Assembly (NCBI GenBank): GCA_040767965.1
Contig: JAXGNR010000004.1
Location: 352,001 to 416,000, forward strand
Source of the DNA: Atribacterota bacterium
GTDB taxonomy: Bacteria > Atribacterota > Phoenicimicrobiia > Phoenicimicrobiales > Stramentimicrobiaceae
Direction of reading: 5' to 3'
DNA: 64,000 nt
Within the stretch, counting starts at the first letter, position 1, and each line of letters begins with the position of its first letter. Under the pieces are notes generated by a model, which had not been told where the DNA came from, did no database searches, and saw nothing but the letters and a program-made list of their open reading frames with translations. This document shows, piece after piece, positions 59,633 to 64,000 of the stretch. Position numbers and translations under genes: made by a program.

Positions 59633-60763
59633 GTGGAAATATTAATTGCTGGTGATTTAGTACCAACAAATTCAAATATGAATTTATTTAAAAATGCAGA
59701 TGTAAAAAATTTGCTTGGCAAGGAATTATTGTCTCTATGGAATTCTTCAGATGCAAGGATATTTAATTTGGAAGCGCCTTTAGTTGATACAGAAAGTCCA
59801 ATTGATAAATTTGGTCCGAATCTAATTATGCCTACTGAAACAATAAAAGGAATTAAAGGCCTAAACCCAACTTTAATTACACTGGCAAATAATCATATAC
59901 TTGATCAGATGGAACAAGGATTATTCTCTACACAGAGTATTCTAAATGAAGCAGGTATACCATTTATCGGAGCAGGCAAAAATCTACACGAAGCAAGCAA
60001 ACCATTTATAATAAAAAAAGATGGTTATAAAATAGGCATATATGCGTGTGCAGAAAATGAATTTTCAATTGCAACAGAAAAGAATGCCGGAGCAAATCCT
60101 TTTGATCCTCTGGAAAGCTTGGATCATATTAGTGAGTTAAAACAAAAAAGTGATTATGTTGTTGTTCTTTACCATGGGGGAAAAGAATACTACCGTTATC
60201 CTTCTCCCTATTTGCAGAAAGTATGTAGAAAAATGATAGATAAAGGTGCGAATATAGTTATATGTCAGCATAGTCACTGTATTGGATGTTTTGAGGAATA
60301 CAATAATGCAACAATTATTTATGGACAGGGAAATTTTATTTTCAATAAGCAAGATAATGAATTTTGGAATAATAGTTTAATAATAAGAATATATTTTAAT
60401 AAAAACATAAAAATTGAATATATTCCGATACTTGAAGAGAAGCCAGGAATACGGATGGCAAAAGAAAACGAATCAAAAGATATACTGTCTAAGTTTTATA
60501 ATCGTTCAAAAGAAATATTACAGGATGGTTTTATTGAAGAACAATATCAATTATTTGCAGAGAAAAATATTGATAATTATTTAAGAGCTTTTTCTGGAAA
60601 GAATAAGTGGCTTTCAAGAATTGATAGATTTATTTTAAAAGGATATCTCTTGAAAAGTAAATATAATAAAAAGAAATTGTTAGCTTTGCAAAATTTTATT
60701 GAATGTGAAGCACATAGAGAACTATTAAGTAAGGGGATAAATAATTATATAAATAGGAAATAA
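59633..60763 (+). CDS. CapA/PgsA-family metallophosphoesterase-fold protein
   Basis: IAGD, NLEAP, LANNHILD, HGGKEY, QHSHC, YGQGNF. GTG start inferred from AAGGA RBS. Confidence 0.88.
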   Translation: MEILIAGDLVPTNSNMNLFKNADVKNLLGKELLSLWNSSDARIFNLEAPLVDTESPIDKFGPNLIMPTETIKGIKGLNPTLITLANNHILDQMEQGLFSTQSILNEAGIPFIGAGKNLHEASKPFIIKKDGYKIGIYACAENEFSIATEKNAGANPFDPLESLDHISELKQKSDYVVVLYHGGKEYYRYPSPYLQKVCRKMIDKGANIVICQHSHCIGCFEEYNNATIIYGQGNFIFNKQDNEFWNNSLIIRIYFNKNIKIEYIPILEEKPGIRMAKENESKDILSKFYNRSKEILQDGFIEEQYQLFAEKNIDNYLRAFSGKNKWLSRIDRFILKGYLLKSKYNKKKLLALQNFIECEAHRELLSKGINNYINRK

Positions 60764-60767
60764 AAAA

Positions 60768-61895
60768 ATGAAAATATTGCATGTTTCTTGCGGAGGTCTG
60801 GGCAATGGCGGTGTTCAAAATATCATTATGAATATCTGCCTTAATAATAAAGATATTTATTTTGATATAATATTATTTACCAGTGAAAAAAGATATTATG
60901 ATGATGAATTTAAGAGACTGGGAGGAAAGATATTTAGAATTCCTAATTATGAAGGAAAAAATAAATATAGAAAGAAAATAGATTTCTATATCAGGTTTTT
61001 TCGTATTTTTTTTGGAACTTATAAAATAATAAAGAATGAAGGATCATATGATGTTATACATTGTCATAATAATTTGGAGAGTGGTATTTGCAATCTTGTA
61101 GCCTATTTAACTGGAATAAAGATACGCATTTCACACTCTCATACCTCCAATAATAGATTTCAAAAAAGAAATATTATCACATATATTTATAAAAGATTTT
61201 TGCAAAGATTAGTTAATTGTTTTAGCAATGTTAAAATAGGTTGTTCCAAGAAGGCTTTTCTTAGTTTATTTGGAGATAAATATTTATATAAAGCCAATTC
61301 ATTAATTGTTCATAATGCTGTAGATTTATCAATATTTCACAGAACACAATCTAATGTAAAATTAAACACTGAAATCAATATTGTACATATTGGAAGATAC
61401 TCCGATAATAAGAATCAGATGTTTCTTATTGAGGTTTTCTCGTATTTATTAAAAGAGTGCCCTAAAAGTGTTCTTCAATTAATAGGCTTTGGAGAAGAAT
61501 ACAAAGGAAAGCTTCTTAAAAGAACAAATCATTTGCGTATAAAATCTAGGGTAAAATTTTTACCATCAGATTCGAATAAAATAGAAATCCTTGAAAATGC
61601 TGATTTATTTATTTTTCCCTCTATATCAGAAGGTTTCCCTATTGCGTTGCTTGAAGCCCAGGCTATGGAAGTACCTTGTTTGGTTTCAGATTCAATTCCC
61701 AAAGAAATAGATTGTGGATTATGTAAATTTTTGCCATTATCGGGGAAACATGAATTGTGGGTTAAAGAAGCAATCAGCATAATTAACCATAATTTCCCTT
61801 TACAATTGAATAAAGAAAAACTTATTTCTTTTAATATAAATAAGTATGCTGAAAAAATAAAAAAAGTATACGATGGCAGTAAATATAAAAAGTGA
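60768..61895 (+). CDS. Glycosyltransferase family 4 (EpsF-like)
   Basis: GGVQ, RISHSH, HIGR...KNQ, EGFPIALLEAQA. Confidence 0.9.
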   Translation: MKILHVSCGGLGNGGVQNIIMNICLNNKDIYFDIILFTSEKRYYDDEFKRLGGKIFRIPNYEGKNKYRKKIDFYIRFFRIFFGTYKIIKNEGSYDVIHCHNNLESGICNLVAYLTGIKIRISHSHTSNNRFQKRNIITYIYKRFLQRLVNCFSNVKIGCSKKAFLSLFGDKYLYKANSLIVHNAVDLSIFHRTQSNVKLNTEINIVHIGRYSDNKNQMFLIEVFSYLLKECPKSVLQLIGFGEEYKGKLLKRTNHLRIKSRVKFLPSDSNKIEILENADLFIFPSISEGFPIALLEAQAMEVPCLVSDSIPKEIDCGLCKFLPLSGKHELWVKEAISIINHNFPLQLNKEKLISFNINKYAEKIKKVYDGSKYKK

Positions 61896-62203
61896 GATTT
61901 GTTTTGTACTAAAAAGACAAACATTGTTTGTAATAATTTAAATTCGTGGGAATGTGCAATAATTTTAAGAATTTAGAAATATATTTACTGTCTATTTTAG
62001 AAAGTAATAGGCAAAGATATTATGTCTTTATTAATGATATTGATTATGAAATCTACTTGTTCAAATATTAATAAGGTAAAAATAATTTTAGTAGATAATA
62101 ATCAATAAGTTTTGATGAGGATGTTAAAAAGAACTTTAAGTAAACAAAAAAATAACTAAAGCTATTTTTTAATAATCTATTTTAGAGGTTAGGTGTTTTT
62201 ATC

Positions 62204-62420
62204 TTGGTAGAAAATAAAAAAAGGATTGCTATTATAGTTCCAAACCTTAATGGTGGTGGTGTGGAAAGAGCTGCATAAAATATTATCAATGTATCTTTCT
62301 AAAGATAAATATGAAAAATATATAATTGTGTTCGATAATAGTGATATAGAATATGAATACGAAGAGACATTTGGGGCCTTTATTAATTTAGATTTAAGAG
62401 CAAAGATAATATTATTAATA
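62204..62420 (+). pseudogene. Glycosyltransferase family 4 N-terminal remnant
   Basis: TTG start gives MVENKKRIAIIVPNLNGGGVERAA* (stop 62276-62278). The continuation ILSMYLSKDKYEKYIIVF lies in another frame, then the similarity is lost. Confidence 0.65.
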
Positions 62421-62530
62421 AAACTTTCAAGAATGAGTGTTATAATTTCTGTAAATATTACAAAACTATTACAAAACTATGATATATTAAAATTTAAATT
62501 ATTTTTTATAATTATAATAAAAAGGTGCTC

Positions 62531-63499
62531 ATGAAAAAAATAATTGTAACCGGTTCAGCTGGCTTTATTGGAAGCAAAGTTACCGAAAAGCTATTAGAAG
62601 AAAATAATGACGTTATTGGAATTGACAATCTAAATAATTATTATGATATAAGGTTAAAACAATGGCGTTTGGAAATATTAAAGAAATATGAAAATTTTAC
62701 TTTTTATAAGGTGGATATTGAAAATATCAACATTTTAAGGGAAATATTTAAAAACCAAAGGATAGAAGTGGTGATCAATCTTGCAGCTAGAGCGGGAGTT
62801 CGGTATAGCATAGAGAACCCTTTACTGTACCATAGTACCAATATTGGTGGTAATTTAAATTTACTGGAAATGTGTAAAGAATTCAAAATAAAAAAGTATA
62901 TTTTAGCTTCTACATCTTCTTTGTATGCCGGGCAACCTACTCCATTTATTGAAGACTTGTCTGCGAGTAATCCTATTTCTCCATATGCTGCTACTAAAAA
63001 AGCTGCTGAGATTATGGCATATACCTATCATTATCTATATGGTGTTGATGTCAGTATTGTTCGCTACTTTACAGTATATGGTCCAGCAGGCCGTCCGGAT
63101 ATGAGTCCATTTCGTTTTGTTAAATGGGTATTAGAAGGAACACCTTTAACTATTTATGGAGATGGCAGTCAGGAAAGAGACTTTACTTATGTGGATGATA
63201 TTGCCGAGGGAACAGTTAGAGCAATAAAACCGGTTGGATATGAAGTTATCAATTTAGGGAGTAGTGAACCATATAAACTCTCAGATATGATTAAAATAAT
63301 TGAAAAATATACTGGGAAAAAAGCTAGTTATAAATATGAAGGCTTTCATAAGACAGATATGAAATCTACCTGGGCAGATATCAATAAAGCTAAAAATATT
63401 CTTGACTGGAGACCACAGGTTGACCTTGATGAAGGAATTAAAAGAACTGTAAATTGGACAAAAGATAATAACGGTTGGGTTTTAAAAATAAAAATATAA
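62531..63499 (+). CDS. NAD-dependent epimerase, UDP-glucuronate 4-epimerase-like
   Basis: TGSAGFIG, AARAGVRYS, ASTSS, YAATK, YFTVYGPAGRPDM. Confidence 0.88.
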   Translation: MKKIIVTGSAGFIGSKVTEKLLEENNDVIGIDNLNNYYDIRLKQWRLEILKKYENFTFYKVDIENINILREIFKNQRIEVVINLAARAGVRYSIENPLLYHSTNIGGNLNLLEMCKEFKIKKYILASTSSLYAGQPTPFIEDLSASNPISPYAATKKAAEIMAYTYHYLYGVDVSIVRYFTVYGPAGRPDMSPFRFVKWVLEGTPLTIYGDGSQERDFTYVDDIAEGTVRAIKPVGYEVINLGSSEPYKLSDMIKIIEKYTGKKASYKYEGFHKTDMKSTWADINKAKNILDWRPQVDLDEGIKRTVNWTKDNNGWVLKIKI

Positions 63500-63522
63500 T
63501 TTAACAAAAAGGACATGTTGAC

Positions 63523-64000
63523 TTGAGAAGATCTTATATTAAGAGAATTATTAATAATATTTACTCTTATTATGAACCTTTTGATAGCCTTGGAATAATA
63601 AACATATACAGAAAATTCAAAGATCGTAAAGAGGTGACGCCTGAAAACAAGAAATTAGACAGTGCCACACCAGTAAAAATATTATGGCCTCCTGATGTAC
63701 GTAAACCCAGAGTAGGTTTAGTAAAATCCGAAAAAGGATGCAATGCTTATTGGCCTAAATTTGAACGATTCCTCAAAACAAATGATATAAATTACAGTTA
63801 TTTTGATATTAAATCATCTGATTTTATTTTAGAAATAAAAAAATATGATGTCATTATATGGAGAACGCCTCCTGAATATGCAGACCAATGGGAAGCCGCT
63901 GATAAAATAGAATTTATGGAAGAGTATCTTAACAAGATTGTAATGCCTCCCAGGCAGTCATTATGGATGTATGAAGACAAAGTAAGAATGCAGTGGCTGC
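63523..64000 (+). CDS. ATP-grasp (RimK-like) domain protein, 5' part, runs off window edge
   Basis: Not in ORF track. Open frame from TTG 63523 to the end: ...YWPKFERFLKTNDINY...YDVIIWR...KIVMPPRQSLWMYEDKVRMQWL, resembling the pre-ATP-grasp region of glycan-locus RimK-like ligases. Confidence 0.6.
   Translation, partial: MRRSYIKRIINNIYSYYEPFDSLGIINIYRKFKDRKEVTPENKKLDSATPVKILWPPDVRKPRVGLVKSEKGCNAYWPKFERFLKTNDINYSYFDIKSSDFILEIKKYDVIIWRTPPEYADQWEAADKIEFMEEYLNKIVMPPRQSLWMYEDKVRMQWL

Overview
AT-rich chromosomal window from an anaerobic bacterium. The protein style is reminiscent of Atribacterota/Firmicutes-like subsurface anaerobes, but that is inference only. Bases 1-38.7 kb are mostly housekeeping and metabolism. 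They include a PyrR-controlled pyrBICFKDE operon, TatD, an aromatic amino acid-type ABC transporter behind an unannotated Tyr-rich leader-peptide attenuator, AlaX, an M48 peptidase, an NSS transporter and CcdA/thioredoxin. Further along are a sigma54-driven htrA beside its NtrC-type two-component system, coaX, guaB, FolT, a TAXI-TRAP transporter, and a 2-oxoacid:ferredoxin oxidoreductase + sucCD + glutamate racemase + IclR operon. Bases 38.7-64 kb are a mosaic, partly decayed surface-polysaccharide locus. It carries ugd with a ~105-codon in-frame insert built from palindromic repeat elements, a PglK-like ABC flippase, an embedded TctABC transporter, three ATP-grasp ligases plus CapA, and a Uxs/mutase-like/GtrA/GT-C module. 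It also holds several glycosyltransferases, two sulfotransferase remnants, an IS1595 remnant, and an IS256 element with an 8-bp target duplication inside a decayed O-antigen ligase/polymerase-like gene. sucC and tctC carry single-base frameshifts that may be sequencing errors. No rRNA, tRNA or CRISPR array was seen.
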